56,583 nt of DNA from a virus (lineage: Duplodnaviria > Caudoviricetes). Both the position numbers and the translations under genes were made by a program. The stretch covers positions 1 to 56,583 of IMG/VR virus record IMGVR_UViG_3300036785_000557; one strand, written 5' to 3'. The notes beneath the pieces were generated by a model that did no database searches, was not told the DNA's origin, and saw only the letters and a program-made list of their open reading frames with translations. Of the stretch, positions 45,892-54,881 are shown one piece after another (position 1 is the stretch's first letter; every line of letters begins with the position of its first letter).

Positions 45892-45995
45892 ACGCAGTCA
45901 ATTGCACCCCTGGTACTGATAATCACAGAACCATGCAGTCAATTGCACCCCCTACCACCCAAAACACCCATATGATGTCGTCAATTGCACCCCCC
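45892..45995 (+). repeat. Second iteron cluster (3x GTCAATTGCACCCC)
   Basis: Copies at 45897, 45938 and 45980 (41/42-bp spacing); 18-19-bp identity to iterons inside the rep gene. Confidence 0.85.
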
Positions 45996-46565
45996 ATCGC
46001 GCACGGATACAAGGTGGTAGAGCGGAGCGGTCGCATCCAACTCGTGCAAAAAATGCAAGAGTTCGGCTGGTCACCTTCTCCTCGTGCCCCACCAAAACAC
46101 CTCCTTCCCCCAGACCCGTCACAGGCGCGAAAACGCCCCGCCTTCAAAGCACTATCACTAGGGTTCCAAAAATTTCCCGCGAAATAATGGGATGGGGAGG
46201 ATTTTTTTTTCATCATAGATTGTCCCAGCCGGCGGAATTCGGGGTAGTTTTGCCAAGGCCGGGCGGCGCAGGCAGGCAGTGGCAGGCAGTACACTACCAC
46301 CCCCCCCCGCCACCCAATGAAAACAGGGGCTTAGGGTGCAGAGTCGTGCATCGCTATTCATCTCAATTGCGATGGGCGCGGCTTGTTAGTGTGTCACGCA
46401 TAACCCATTGAAATGTCACGCGCGGATTGCGCACGCATCGGGCAATAACGGGCAGCAATTGCGATGGATGGCAGCACATCCGGCCGCGCCACATTGCACA
46501 CCAGGGAAGCACCGCCACACCAGGAGTCGCCACGGCGCCGGGCTGATAGTGACTCCGGCAATGGT

Positions 46566-47117
46566 TCATTCGTCACGTAACAGCGCATAGGCTTTGCTCT
46601 CGTGACTTGTGGCTTGCCGCTCTCGTGTGGTGCGTCCGATGTCGGCCAGCTCTCGCGGTGGCAGGGGTGCGCGTGGATTGACATAGGGGGCTTTGGTGAC
46701 TGGCCTAGCGTGCCGTGTTGCTGGCGTGGCGACATCGTGCAAATTCTTTTCGGCTTCAGCTATAGCTGCGAGTTTTTGCCTATGCAGCGTACCAGCCCGG
46801 CCGCGCATTCCCTTGTCACGCATGGTTGCGGCATATTTGGCGCGTTTGGCTGCAAGGGCTTGATATCGGCTGGCAAGCAATGGCAGCAATGCCGCAATGG
46901 CTGGAGTCACCTCGCGTTTAATGTGAGTCCATTGGCTGGAATTCATGCGCGCAAGGGCAGACAATGCCATGTCATCCAATGCCTTAGCCGGACATTCAGC
47001 TTGCCAGTAAGAAACAGCGATGCACCATGCCGCGCGATACGCGGCGCCGGACATGAATTTAAGCGGCGGATGTCGGTCTATTATTTCCAGGGGGCAGGGA
47101 ATGCGGCCGGTTTTCAT
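46566..47117 (-). CDS. YdaU/DUF1376-like protein
   Basis: MSGAAYRA...I...YWQ..C...LDD..L..LAR....QW pattern; start taken at MKTGRIP. Confidence 0.55.
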   Translation of the reverse strand: MKTGRIPCPLEIIDRHPPLKFMSGAAYRAAWCIAVSYWQAECPAKALDDMALSALARMNSSQWTHIKREVTPAIAALLPLLASRYQALAAKRAKYAATMRDKGMRGRAGTLHRQKLAAIAEAEKNLHDVATPATRHARPVTKAPYVNPRAPLPPRELADIGRTTRERQATSHESKAYALLRDE

Positions 47118-47253
47118 GCTGCCATATATAGCACGCGTGCGCGCATATGGGCGCATGTGAGTAAAAATGGCTGTTTCCCTAGTGTTTTCCGGCCATGCTG
47201 CATTTATTTTCAAATAAAATGCTTTTTTTCGTATTTTGTTGGATTAATACGTG

Positions 47254-47284
47254 TTGACATGTTTTGAGAGATGTTGTTTAAGCT
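47254..47284 (+). promoter_or_regulatory. Candidate promoter of the early gene cluster
   Basis: TTGACA-19-TAAGCT in AT-rich divergent DNA; spacer longer than consensus. Confidence 0.45.
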
Positions 47285-47333
47285 TACTCATGGAAGCACG
47301 GCACTGGCCGGGCAGAACCAACGGAGAAACCGA

Positions 47334-47576
47334 ATGACTGACTACACACCGCGAGAAGTTAGCTCGAAAGATTTGGCAGTATTGAAAGCGGCGGATATTG
47401 CCGGAATGGATTATGCCAAGGTTATTGTTTGTGAAAAGAATTTTGCTTTAGTTTCTGCCGTTGGCGGGGCTGGTACTACTGACTTTCTAAACTGGCGCGA
47501 GACTTGGTATTTTAATGGTGACGTGTGGCAGATTCGTGAGCTTATGAAACCGCCGGTCGATCCAAGCGAAGCGTAA
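47334..47576 (+). CDS. Hypothetical early protein
   Basis: GGAG SD. Confidence 0.6.
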   Translation: MTDYTPREVSSKDLAVLKAADIAGMDYAKVIVCEKNFALVSAVGGAGTTDFLNWRETWYFNGDVWQIRELMKPPVDPSEA

Positions 47577-47578
47577 TT

Positions 47579-47660
47579 CCAATATTTTTCTTAGTCAGGC
47601 TTTCGAGCCTGCCTTGGTGAAGCATTGGGCTTCTAGATGGCTGGAACGAATCAGCCGGAG
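47579..47660 (+). promoter_or_regulatory. Early-region hairpin element, copy 1
   Basis: Long imperfect hairpin, then CTGGAACGAATCAG, then GGAG. Confidence 0.5.
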
Positions 47661-47668
47661 TATATGCG

Positions 47669-48523
47669 ATGAGTTTTATAAACTCGCGGGGTAGGCTTGG
47701 GGCTTACACGCTGACAAATGACCAAATGCGGCATTATGCGCCGTCTATCTTTGCGGTGGACAAGCACACAAGCCGTTCTGAGCGTTACACGTACATTCCG
47801 ACGATTGAGATCGTTGATGGATTGCGCGCCAACGGTTTCGAGCCAACATTCGTGCGCCAAGGCAAGAGCCGGATTGAAGGTAAAGCCGAATTCACCAAGC
47901 ACATGATTCGCTTTCGGTGGCAGGGAGCAGAGTCGCAAACTGGTGTGCGCCGCGTTGGCGACGTGTTTCCAGAGGTGGCGTTGGTCAATTCACACGACGG
48001 CACAAGCTCATATCAGCTCAACGCCGCTCTTATGCGCCTTGTCTGCCTTAATGGGATGATGGTTTCAGATCGTCAATTCGCTTCCATCAAATTGCCGCAC
48101 AAGGGCGATGTTGTGAGCAAAGTCATTGAAGGCAGTTACGAAGTGATTGAAGAATCGCGTCGGGCTTTGCAGGTAGCGCGTGAATGGTCTGGCATCGAGC
48201 TTAAGCCGGAAGAATCGCGATTGCTTGCGGCGGCCGTGCATCAGGTACGGTTTGCGGATAGCGATGGTAATGTGGACACGCCCATACAGCCGGAGCAGTT
48301 ACTCGGCGTGCGCCGTCACGATGACCGGCCAAGTGATTTGTGGACAGTCTCAAATCGTATCCAGGAAAACGCGATACGCGGCGGATTGAGTGCGATGGGC
48401 CGCGATGCCTTAAACCGGCCGCGCATGACGACGACGCGCGAGGTACGCGGCATTGATGGCGACGTGAAGCTGAATAAGGCCATTTGGGAATTGACGGAAA
48501 GAATGGCGGCGCTAAAAAGCTAA
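47669..48523 (+). CDS. DUF932 domain protein
   Basis: APSIFA...H.SRSERYTYIPT, FTKHMIRFR, NSHDGTSSYQL...RLVCLNG, DLW...NRIQEN.IRGG. Confidence 0.9.
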   Translation: MSFINSRGRLGAYTLTNDQMRHYAPSIFAVDKHTSRSERYTYIPTIEIVDGLRANGFEPTFVRQGKSRIEGKAEFTKHMIRFRWQGAESQTGVRRVGDVFPEVALVNSHDGTSSYQLNAALMRLVCLNGMMVSDRQFASIKLPHKGDVVSKVIEGSYEVIEESRRALQVAREWSGIELKPEESRLLAAAVHQVRFADSDGNVDTPIQPEQLLGVRRHDDRPSDLWTVSNRIQENAIRGGLSAMGRDALNRPRMTTTREVRGIDGDVKLNKAIWELTERMAALKS

Positions 48524-48613
48524 GACGGCTTATGACGGGTGGCGGCTTGCCTGCCACCCATGATAAACCGCCATTAGGTTTACAGTCTGGAATTAACCGG
48601 GCTGGCATTGGAG
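48524..48613 (+). promoter_or_regulatory. Early-region hairpin element, copy 2
   Basis: GGGTGGCGG/CTGCCACCC long stem, then CTGGAATTAACCGG, then GGAG. Confidence 0.5.
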
Positions 48614-48621
48614 TAACCAAT

Positions 48622-48795
48622 ATGACTCGCAAAGATTTTTGCGCGATTGCCGAGACTGTGTGCCGTATGGCGATTGATGACACTGCCCGCGCGGCCGTGG
48701 CCAAGGGGCTGGCAGACAAATTTGCAACACTATATGCGCGGTTTGACTCCAAGCGCTTCATTGCCGCGTGCTGCGCCACGCCACGGGCGGTCTGA
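48622..48795 (+). CDS. Small conserved phage protein
   Basis: MTRKDF..IA...LAD.F....RFD..RFIAAC motif. Confidence 0.7.
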   Translation: MTRKDFCAIAETVCRMAIDDTARAAVAKGLADKFATLYARFDSKRFIAACCATPRAV

Positions 48796-48887
48796 GCGGT
48801 GGAGGTGACGTGCAACGCCACAATGGCGGTTAGCGTGCTAGGCGGCTTTATTCTGGCTTGCCTGCGTATCTCAGGGAGACTTTAGAC

Positions 48888-49067
48888 ATGGCGAATCGAC
48901 GTGCGCGCGAAGCGCTGGCCTTATGGCGTGGGATTGATGCCCGGCTGAAGAATGCCGGGCTGGCAGTGGCGAATTTTGGCGAGATTAACGCCTTGTTCCG
49001 GTCACGAGTAACAGAGTTAGATTCGGCCGTGTTCGCCATTGTGGCGCGGCGCATGACGGGGGGCTGA
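48888..49067 (+). CDS. Hypothetical protein
   Basis: GGGAG SD. Confidence 0.5.
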   Translation: MANRRAREALALWRGIDARLKNAGLAVANFGEINALFRSRVTELDSAVFAIVARRMTGG

Positions 49068-49068
49068 T

Positions 49069-49356
49069 ATGACCGATACACCAGTGATGAAAGGCTTGAT
49101 TGAGTCCGGCTTCATAGGCTTTGAAAAGAAGCCCGGACCAAAACGGCAAGTTAGCCCGGCCGAGCTGGAAGCATTGCGCGCATTCGCAGCGGCGCACGGC
49201 CGCCACTGGAAACACAAGCTGGCGAGCACGTATTGGTATAACGCGCGAATCTGGCGTGCTACCCCTGACGATAACGGCACGCATGGCACGGCCTTACATG
49301 GCTTGCGCAATGATCTGGGCAATGCATGGCTGGCCGGATTCAGGTTCCCAAAATAG
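49069..49356 (+). CDS. Conserved phage hypothetical protein
   Basis: AL..FA..HGR.WK..L...W...L..LRN.LG..WL motif. Confidence 0.65.
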   Translation: MTDTPVMKGLIESGFIGFEKKPGPKRQVSPAELEALRAFAAAHGRHWKHKLASTYWYNARIWRATPDDNGTHGTALHGLRNDLGNAWLAGFRFPK

Positions 49357-49422
49357 CACGCTATCAGATGCACAACGGGCTTGTGCATCGCATAGATTGC
49401 TGATTTTTACAGAGGACTCACG

Positions 49423-49731
49423 ATGTCAAACAAACATTCCGCGCGCTATTGCGTTACCTACGGCTTGTCAGGTTGCTATATGCCGGACTCGAATTCTGGC
49501 CCCCTGGAATTCTCCACGCGTAAAGAATTCGCGGCGTATATCCGGCATGAGCTGGAGTTTTACGATATGCCTGCGCGCCTATTTACTGAGGTAAATATTC
49601 GCAGGCTGTGGAGCGCGATTCAGCGGCATGGGTCTAGCGTCATGCATTTTAGCCTGGACCATGGCGGCAATACGTTGGGCTTCCATGGTCTGACTGAGGC
49701 TGAATTCTTGGCCGAGCAAGAGGAGGTTTAG
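49423..49731 (+). CDS. Hypothetical protein
   Basis: GAGGA SD; YGLSGCYMPDS motif. Confidence 0.65.
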   Translation: MSNKHSARYCVTYGLSGCYMPDSNSGPLEFSTRKEFAAYIRHELEFYDMPARLFTEVNIRRLWSAIQRHGSSVMHFSLDHGGNTLGFHGLTEAEFLAEQEEV

Positions 49732-49734
49732 ATC

Positions 49735-50061
49735 ATGCCTGTATTATTCAACGTCACGTATGACATCGTTACCCCTGAGTCGGCGCAATATGGAGACTAT
49801 GAGGAGTCCGGCTGGATAGCGCAGCACGTCACATTGCGCGAAGCGATTGCAGCGGTGTTTGAGACTCGGACTAGCCAAGTCTCTGGCGTGGAGTGCATCG
49901 AGGCAGACGAATGGCCTATATGCACGCCACGCTCTATCAAAGTGTGCAATGGCATGGAATTCCAGACTGGCGCGCAAGAGTCCCGCACTTTGCATATTCA
50001 GGACAGCGTGACTCCAGCATCGCGGCGTCGCATCGCCAAACTAATGGGCGTGCGGTCATGA
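49735..50061 (+). CDS. Conserved phage hypothetical protein
   Basis: TYDIVTPESA.YGD..ESGW...G..ESRTLH...TPASRRRI. Confidence 0.65.
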   Translation: MPVLFNVTYDIVTPESAQYGDYEESGWIAQHVTLREAIAAVFETRTSQVSGVECIEADEWPICTPRSIKVCNGMEFQTGAQESRTLHIQDSVTPASRRRIAKLMGVRS

Positions 50062-50225
50062 GAAAGATAGCGCTTGGTTTTGGGGCTGGCTTCAGCGTGG
50101 CGCTAGTGCTGGTGGCGGTTTTGTTTTGGGCTGGAGATGGCTGGCGGTTTGGTATGGCATCGCGCGACATGTACGGCGTGATTTGCCAAGGGTTGAATAC
50201 GGTTTGGTATGGGAGTGCAGTTTGA
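50058..50225 (+). CDS. Small membrane protein
   Basis: N-terminal TM; ATGA-coupled. Confidence 0.55.
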   Translation: MRKIALGFGAGFSVALVLVAVLFWAGDGWRFGMASRDMYGVICQGLNTVWYGSAV

Positions 50226-50413
50226 TGGCTAAGTATGTGGTGAAGCGCTTAGATGGTTCTGTGGTGCAGCGTGGCGATGAATTAGTATCGTTCCGTGGAG
50301 AGTATGAACCGTTTTATGGTTGCTGGCATCCTCGTAAAATTACCGTTGGCACCGATAACGCCATGCATCTGTATTACCCCAGTGTTTTTGACGTGACGAT
50401 TGAGGAGTCATAA
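50225..50413 (+). CDS. Small hypothetical protein
   Basis: SFRGE...YYPSVF; TGATG-coupled. Confidence 0.6.
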   Translation: MAKYVVKRLDGSVVQRGDELVSFRGEYEPFYGCWHPRKITVGTDNAMHLYYPSVFDVTIEES

Positions 50414-50634
50414 TGTTGCGTAACCCGTTACTGATTGCTGGTGTGTCTTTGTTGCTCGGTATGGCTGGCGGAAAAATTTCTACCGATTATCTGTCTGGCA
50501 TTGGCCGGTATCAGATTACGTCTAGCCATAACGTTACAACTTCGCTTGCATGGGTGGTGGATACCAAAACAGGCACAGTGCAATATTGCGTGGCAGAGCG
50601 CGGATGTTTCGCGGCTGACGCATCACCAAACTAA
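50413..50634 (+). CDS. Small exported protein
   Basis: N-terminal TM; GRYQI...VVDTKTG.V.YC. Confidence 0.6.
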   Translation: MLRNPLLIAGVSLLLGMAGGKISTDYLSGIGRYQITSSHNVTTSLAWVVDTKTGTVQYCVAERGCFAADASPN

Positions 50635-50645
50635 GAGGACTCCCA

Positions 50646-51485
50646 ATGAAGACTAAAATTATTTATTATTGGTTCAATACGTCTGAGCCTGACGACAAAG
50701 AAGCCTACGCCAAACTTGTGCTGGCGGCCGGAGCCCAAAAAGGTGCTGGCAATGCCATGGTGGCTTGGGATGCTGGCAAGCACGGCTATAAGGCCGGGCT
50801 TCACGAATTCGATGTCGAGCTGGAAACCAAGCACATATTTGGCAATCAGTGGACCGGCATTGTCGAGGGCAAGAGCTTGCGCGTGTTTGACTGGGCAGAG
50901 AGCGCACGCGGTGAGGGCATTTTTAATGTCAAGATTCGCACGGGTCATTATCTGGTCATGACCGACGACATGCGCGAGATACGGCGCAATACGATGGTGT
51001 GCGGTTATTGTGGCGCGCAAGAACCGGCCGCCAAGGGTTATGTATTTTGCCCGCACTGCCTGGACTCCGAATATCTGACAGAGAAGGATTTACCTCTGAC
51101 TCGTATGGTTTGCGCGGCCGACTCGTTCGATAAGAATCGCAAGCCATTAAGCAAAGCCGAGTCCGGCCATTTGTTGCCGCTCTTTCGCAGCGCCCAAACG
51201 CACGGCAATACGGAGCGGGGCAAGGTGCGGATTGCTGCCAAGCGTGCGCGGGTCGAGGTGGATTATGCCAAGGCAATTAAAAACGCCACTGTAGAGCGGG
51301 ACGGCATGGTCTGGCTTATGGACAAGGGAATCAATACTGACAACGTGATTTACTACGGCCATACAGGCAAGTTTGGTTTCGGCTGGCGTAAAAAATTCTC
51401 ACTCACGGCCTGGGATGACATGCAAGAGGCCATGGGTGAACCGTTTCCGTTTCCGTACAAAGTTGAATATGAGGGGTCTAAATAA
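50646..51485 (+). CDS. Zinc-finger-containing hypothetical protein
   Basis: CGYCG...FCPHCLDS. Confidence 0.7.
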   Translation: MKTKIIYYWFNTSEPDDKEAYAKLVLAAGAQKGAGNAMVAWDAGKHGYKAGLHEFDVELETKHIFGNQWTGIVEGKSLRVFDWAESARGEGIFNVKIRTGHYLVMTDDMREIRRNTMVCGYCGAQEPAAKGYVFCPHCLDSEYLTEKDLPLTRMVCAADSFDKNRKPLSKAESGHLLPLFRSAQTHGNTERGKVRIAAKRARVEVDYAKAIKNATVERDGMVWLMDKGINTDNVIYYGHTGKFGFGWRKKFSLTAWDDMQEAMGEPFPFPYKVEYEGSK

Positions 51486-51970
51486 TGTCTTACTGGGAAA
51501 TTGAGGTTACAGCGGCGGCGCTGGCTGACATTGAAACGGGCGATATGTCGCCATGCAAGCTTTACGCGTGGAATCTGGATGAGGCCAAGGAATTCGTGGA
51601 GGACATGCACGAGGGGATTGCTAATGGCTATGACTGGGAGCCGGATGTTAAAACGCGGGAAGGGGAGCCAACGTGCTACACGCTAGGCGACAAGGCAATA
51701 TTTATAATCGAGCGCGCTGGCATCGGGCCGAGTAAGCGGGCCTATGTCACAAGCGGCCGTAACGTGGTGCGCGCCAAACGCGGTTTTAATTCCGTCATGG
51801 CCTATGTTGATGAAATGGGCGATGTGCCTGGGTCTAATGAGTTGGACACATGGATGGCAGATTTGATTTGCGATTTGCACCATGCGGCGGCATCGCGCGG
51901 TTTAGATATGGAGGATATCATGCGCCGGGGCAAAAACCATTTTGATTGTGAAGGGCAGGGGTTCGAGTAA
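51485..51970 (+). CDS. Hypothetical protein
   Basis: C-terminal ADLICDLHH motif. Confidence 0.65.
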   Translation: MSYWEIEVTAAALADIETGDMSPCKLYAWNLDEAKEFVEDMHEGIANGYDWEPDVKTREGEPTCYTLGDKAIFIIERAGIGPSKRAYVTSGRNVVRAKRGFNSVMAYVDEMGDVPGSNELDTWMADLICDLHHAAASRGLDMEDIMRRGKNHFDCEGQGFE

Positions 51971-52365
51971 TGGCTGATACGAATGACGATCTGGTGGCGG
52001 CGCTGAAAGTCGCCAAGGCAGCGCGCGAGGAGTACGGCCGCACGGATAATCCGGGCGATTGCGAGGAGGCCACAACGGCGCTCTTTGATCTGGACCTGGG
52101 CGCGTTGATTGCCGCGCTACAGCCTCCCGCGCTGAAGCTGTTTTATATCCAATGCGAATGCGGCGGGGAGAATTATGATCTATTCGTCTGGGCAGAAACG
52201 GCGCTGAAGGCAGAGGAGCATTTTGTGGCCTATTACGATCTGGATATGGAAGACGCCACGAATCCGGATAATTATAAAACCAAAATCCGCGCGCTACCAA
52301 CGGCCGCACCTGACAAGGCCGGGGCAATCGGCTGGGATATTCTAAACGCAACGATGGAGTCGTAG
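51970..52365 (+). CDS. Hypothetical protein
   Basis: TAATG-coupled. Confidence 0.6.
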   Translation: MADTNDDLVAALKVAKAAREEYGRTDNPGDCEEATTALFDLDLGALIAALQPPALKLFYIQCECGGENYDLFVWAETALKAEEHFVAYYDLDMEDATNPDNYKTKIRALPTAAPDKAGAIGWDILNATMES

Positions 52366-52368
52366 GGC

Positions 52369-52563
52369 ATGGCATATCGGTTTTGGGTGGTTATAACGGT
52401 ACTTTGGGAGGCGTGGCTGGCCATTCTTTATGTCGGCACATACCACCATCACAACCCCAAAGACGGGCAAGATTTGGCAATCTGTGCAGCAATTCCTTTG
52501 GGGTTTCTGGCATTCGGCCGCGCCATTAAATGGGTATTTGCGGCGGGGAACAAGCACACATAG
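52369..52563 (+). CDS. Small two-TM membrane protein
   Basis: Two hydrophobic segments. Confidence 0.6.
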   Translation: MAYRFWVVITVLWEAWLAILYVGTYHHHNPKDGQDLAICAAIPLGFLAFGRAIKWVFAAGNKHT

Positions 52564-52648
52564 GGTTGCGTTTTATTGGCCGGGCTGGTAAGCCCGGCAT
52601 ATCAAGCGCAGGCTTGCGCGGCTGGAATGAACCGGCTGCACACTGGAG
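52564..52648 (+). promoter_or_regulatory. Early-region hairpin element, copy 3
   Basis: GCCGGGCT-ggta-AGCCCGGC within a longer stem, then CTGGAATGAACCGG, then GGAG. Confidence 0.5.
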
Positions 52649-52656
52649 AAACCAAG

Positions 52657-53229
52657 ATGTTTACTGCAAATTTCGACTCCTATGTCATTTCCGGCGAGTC
52701 CATCGAATGCATGGTGGAGGGTTTCACTTGCCGCGCCACGCTGCACGATGATGATTGCGGCGATGCCCCGTGGGAACGGTCTGAGGGCCATGGCGAGGTG
52801 ACGGAGTGGACATCGCGCGACAAGCGGCCGGGCGAGCTGGTGCTGAATAAGGACCGGGGCTTGCATCGCTTCTATGATTTTGCCGGGGCCTGTGCCACGG
52901 CGCGGGCCGATGGCTGGGGCATGACCGGGGGCCGCTTGGAAGGCGAGAGCGCGCGGGCCTACGCCGCACGGGCCGCCCGGCACGATTACGAGGTGCTGAA
53001 GGCATGGTGCGACGACGAGTGGACCTATTACGGCGTGGCGGTCGAGGTCCGCAAAGGTGAGGTGAAATTGACCGGCAAATACAGCCATGCGTGCTGGGGC
53101 ATCGAGGGCAATTATCCGGGGGCCGATAATAGCTATCTGGCGGAAATGGCCTGCCAGCTCTTGCCGGAGGCGCTTGACGACGCCAAGCTGGTGCTGGCCG
53201 GGCTGTGCGCCTGTGGAGGGGAGGGGTAA
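52657..53229 (+). CDS. Conserved phage hypothetical protein
   Basis: PWE...GHG.V..WT.RDKRPGE.VL...L.AWC.DEW.Y.GV. Confidence 0.7.
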   Translation: MFTANFDSYVISGESIECMVEGFTCRATLHDDDCGDAPWERSEGHGEVTEWTSRDKRPGELVLNKDRGLHRFYDFAGACATARADGWGMTGGRLEGESARAYAARAARHDYEVLKAWCDDEWTYYGVAVEVRKGEVKLTGKYSHACWGIEGNYPGADNSYLAEMACQLLPEALDDAKLVLAGLCACGGEG

Positions 53230-53429
53230 TGAGTACGTTACAGAGTGAGGTTTTCGAGGCATTCCGGGCTATCGACGTGCCAGAGGAGAAGGCCATGAAA
53301 GCGGCAACGGCACTGAGTCGGCGCGATGATGATGTATCATCGCTTAAGTCTGACATGCGGGTGCTGAAGTGGAGCAACGCCGCGATTTTTGCGATGGTTT
53401 TGGCGCTGTTTGCCAAACAATTTATTTAG
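53229..53429 (+). CDS. Small coiled-coil plus TM protein (DUF1640/CCDC90-like)
   Basis: EVFEAFR...VPEEKA.KAA...LKSDMRVLKW followed by a TM segment. Confidence 0.65.
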   Translation: MSTLQSEVFEAFRAIDVPEEKAMKAATALSRRDDDVSSLKSDMRVLKWSNAAIFAMVLALFAKQFI

Positions 53430-53440
53430 GTAAGAGTAAA

Positions 53441-53626
53441 ATGAGCGAAGAATCTGATATGTTGCATCGCAAGATGGATGCGGAAATTGCCAAATTATTG
53501 GCAGAGACGGCAAAACTCAACGCTGAAACTGGTACTATTCCGTGGTTGCCTCTCTTTACTACGGTGCTGGGCAGCACGGGCGTTATCGGCGCGATTATCG
53601 CGCTGGTGGTGGCCTTCCACAAGTAA
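53441..53626 (+). CDS. Coiled-coil plus C-terminal TM small protein (paralog of 963-1181)
   Basis: AEIAKLLAETAKLNAET, PWLP, ends FHK. Confidence 0.7.
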   Translation: MSEESDMLHRKMDAEIAKLLAETAKLNAETGTIPWLPLFTTVLGSTGVIGAIIALVVAFHK

Positions 53627-53939
53627 AAGGCGCTTGACGCAGCGCGCGGAAAGATTGCAGACTTAGTGCAATAGTAGAACGGATAAGCCCCGGCAATAAG
53701 CCGGGGCGGCTTTGGAAGGACCAAAATGAAGCCGGACCAATACAGCAAAATCAAAGGCTTCTGAGTGAAGTACGTGCTTTATCTCAACGATGCATGGCAT
53801 AGTGAGAATGAGAGCATGAAGGCAATTATGGCGGCGGTGAAAACCGCTCTCGCACTAAACTGGTGCGCCATGGTGCGGATTGAGAAACGTGGATAGGACT
53901 TCCACGGACCCACTCGAATAAACAACCGGAGGGCAAAAA

Positions 53940-54221
53940 GTGTCTTTTTTCTCGAATGATATAATTGACCAAGTGGAGGCGGTGGCAAAAATTCGCTACC
54001 TGGGCCGCGACGATGCCAAGCTATGGAACGATAACCGGCGCGGGGCCGAGCTGCGCCTGCTATCGGGCTGGATGTGGACCGCCAAGGATGGCAGCGCCTA
54101 CCAGCAAGGGCTGAAGACTTATTCGGCGGCCATTCGCGATGCCCATTATGCCCTGGTGGCGAAAACCGCTGTGCCGGGTAAAAACGCCCGCACCACGCCC
54201 AAGCTTAGGATTGTCGCGTGA
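53940..54221 (+). CDS. Hypothetical protein
   Basis: GGAGG SD with GTG start. Confidence 0.6.
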   Translation: MSFFSNDIIDQVEAVAKIRYLGRDDAKLWNDNRRGAELRLLSGWMWTAKDGSAYQQGLKTYSAAIRDAHYALVAKTAVPGKNARTTPKLRIVA

Positions 54222-54697
54222 GAGGCGCGATTGACCCGGCTACCCCGGAGCAGATTGCGATGTATGGTCACATTGCCGCCCGGCTACGCAAAGAGATGGA
54301 TACACGCGGCTGGAAAGTCGCGGACGTAAATCAAGCCATTGGGCGCGCTCTCACAAATAGCGCTGTTTACGTCTGGCTGGCCGCCAAGGGTGCGCCGGGT
54401 GCGGCAACGCGGGCCAAGCTATCGAAGGCGCTTAAAATTCCCGTCGCGGATTTAACGCCACGCGATGAAGCGAGCGGCGCTGTGATGGTACGAGCTGAAA
54501 AGGTGGTGCGCCGCCCGCGCGAGGATGAAGGCTATATTAAACCGCCCGCGCCGCGTGACGTGTTATCTTTTACGATTGATAATGAGGGCAACGCCCGCAT
54601 TCGGTGCGACGTGACACTTCCGGCTGTGAAGGGTGCGGCTATGTTGCAGATTCTGCTCAACGCTGGGATGGTTATTGAGGCTGACGATGTGGCATAG
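54218..54697 (+). CDS. XRE-type HTH protein
   Basis: LRKEMDTRGWKVADVNQAI...VYVWL....P......KLSKALKIPVADL. Confidence 0.7.
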   Translation: MRGAIDPATPEQIAMYGHIAARLRKEMDTRGWKVADVNQAIGRALTNSAVYVWLAAKGAPGAATRAKLSKALKIPVADLTPRDEASGAVMVRAEKVVRRPREDEGYIKPPAPRDVLSFTIDNEGNARIRCDVTLPAVKGAAMLQILLNAGMVIEADDVA

Positions 54698-54881
54698 CCC
54701 GGCCTATCTGACGGCCAAACTAACGGCTGATGCGTGCTTGCTTATTGCGGCGGGCATCATGCTTGCTCTCAATGTCATCCTACTATGGCGGGTGAAAATC
54801 CTAAACCGCCGCACACGAGAATTGTTGGCAGAGATCAAAATTATCAACAATGAGATCAATAAAAAGGCCAATTGGTCATGA
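54687..54881 (+). CDS. Small TM plus coiled-coil protein
   Basis: Hydrophobic segment followed by heptads. Confidence 0.5.
   Translation: MWHSPAYLTAKLTADACLLIAAGIMLALNVILLWRVKILNRRTRELLAEIKIINNEINKKANWS

Noticed and set aside
45892-45995. Mini-CRISPR array
   Set aside because: Repeats are only about 14-17 bp and match rep iterons; no cas genes
45995-46085. tRNA-like fragment (GGTAGAGC and GTTCG)
   Set aside because: No acceptor stem, anticodon arm or valid T-loop geometry
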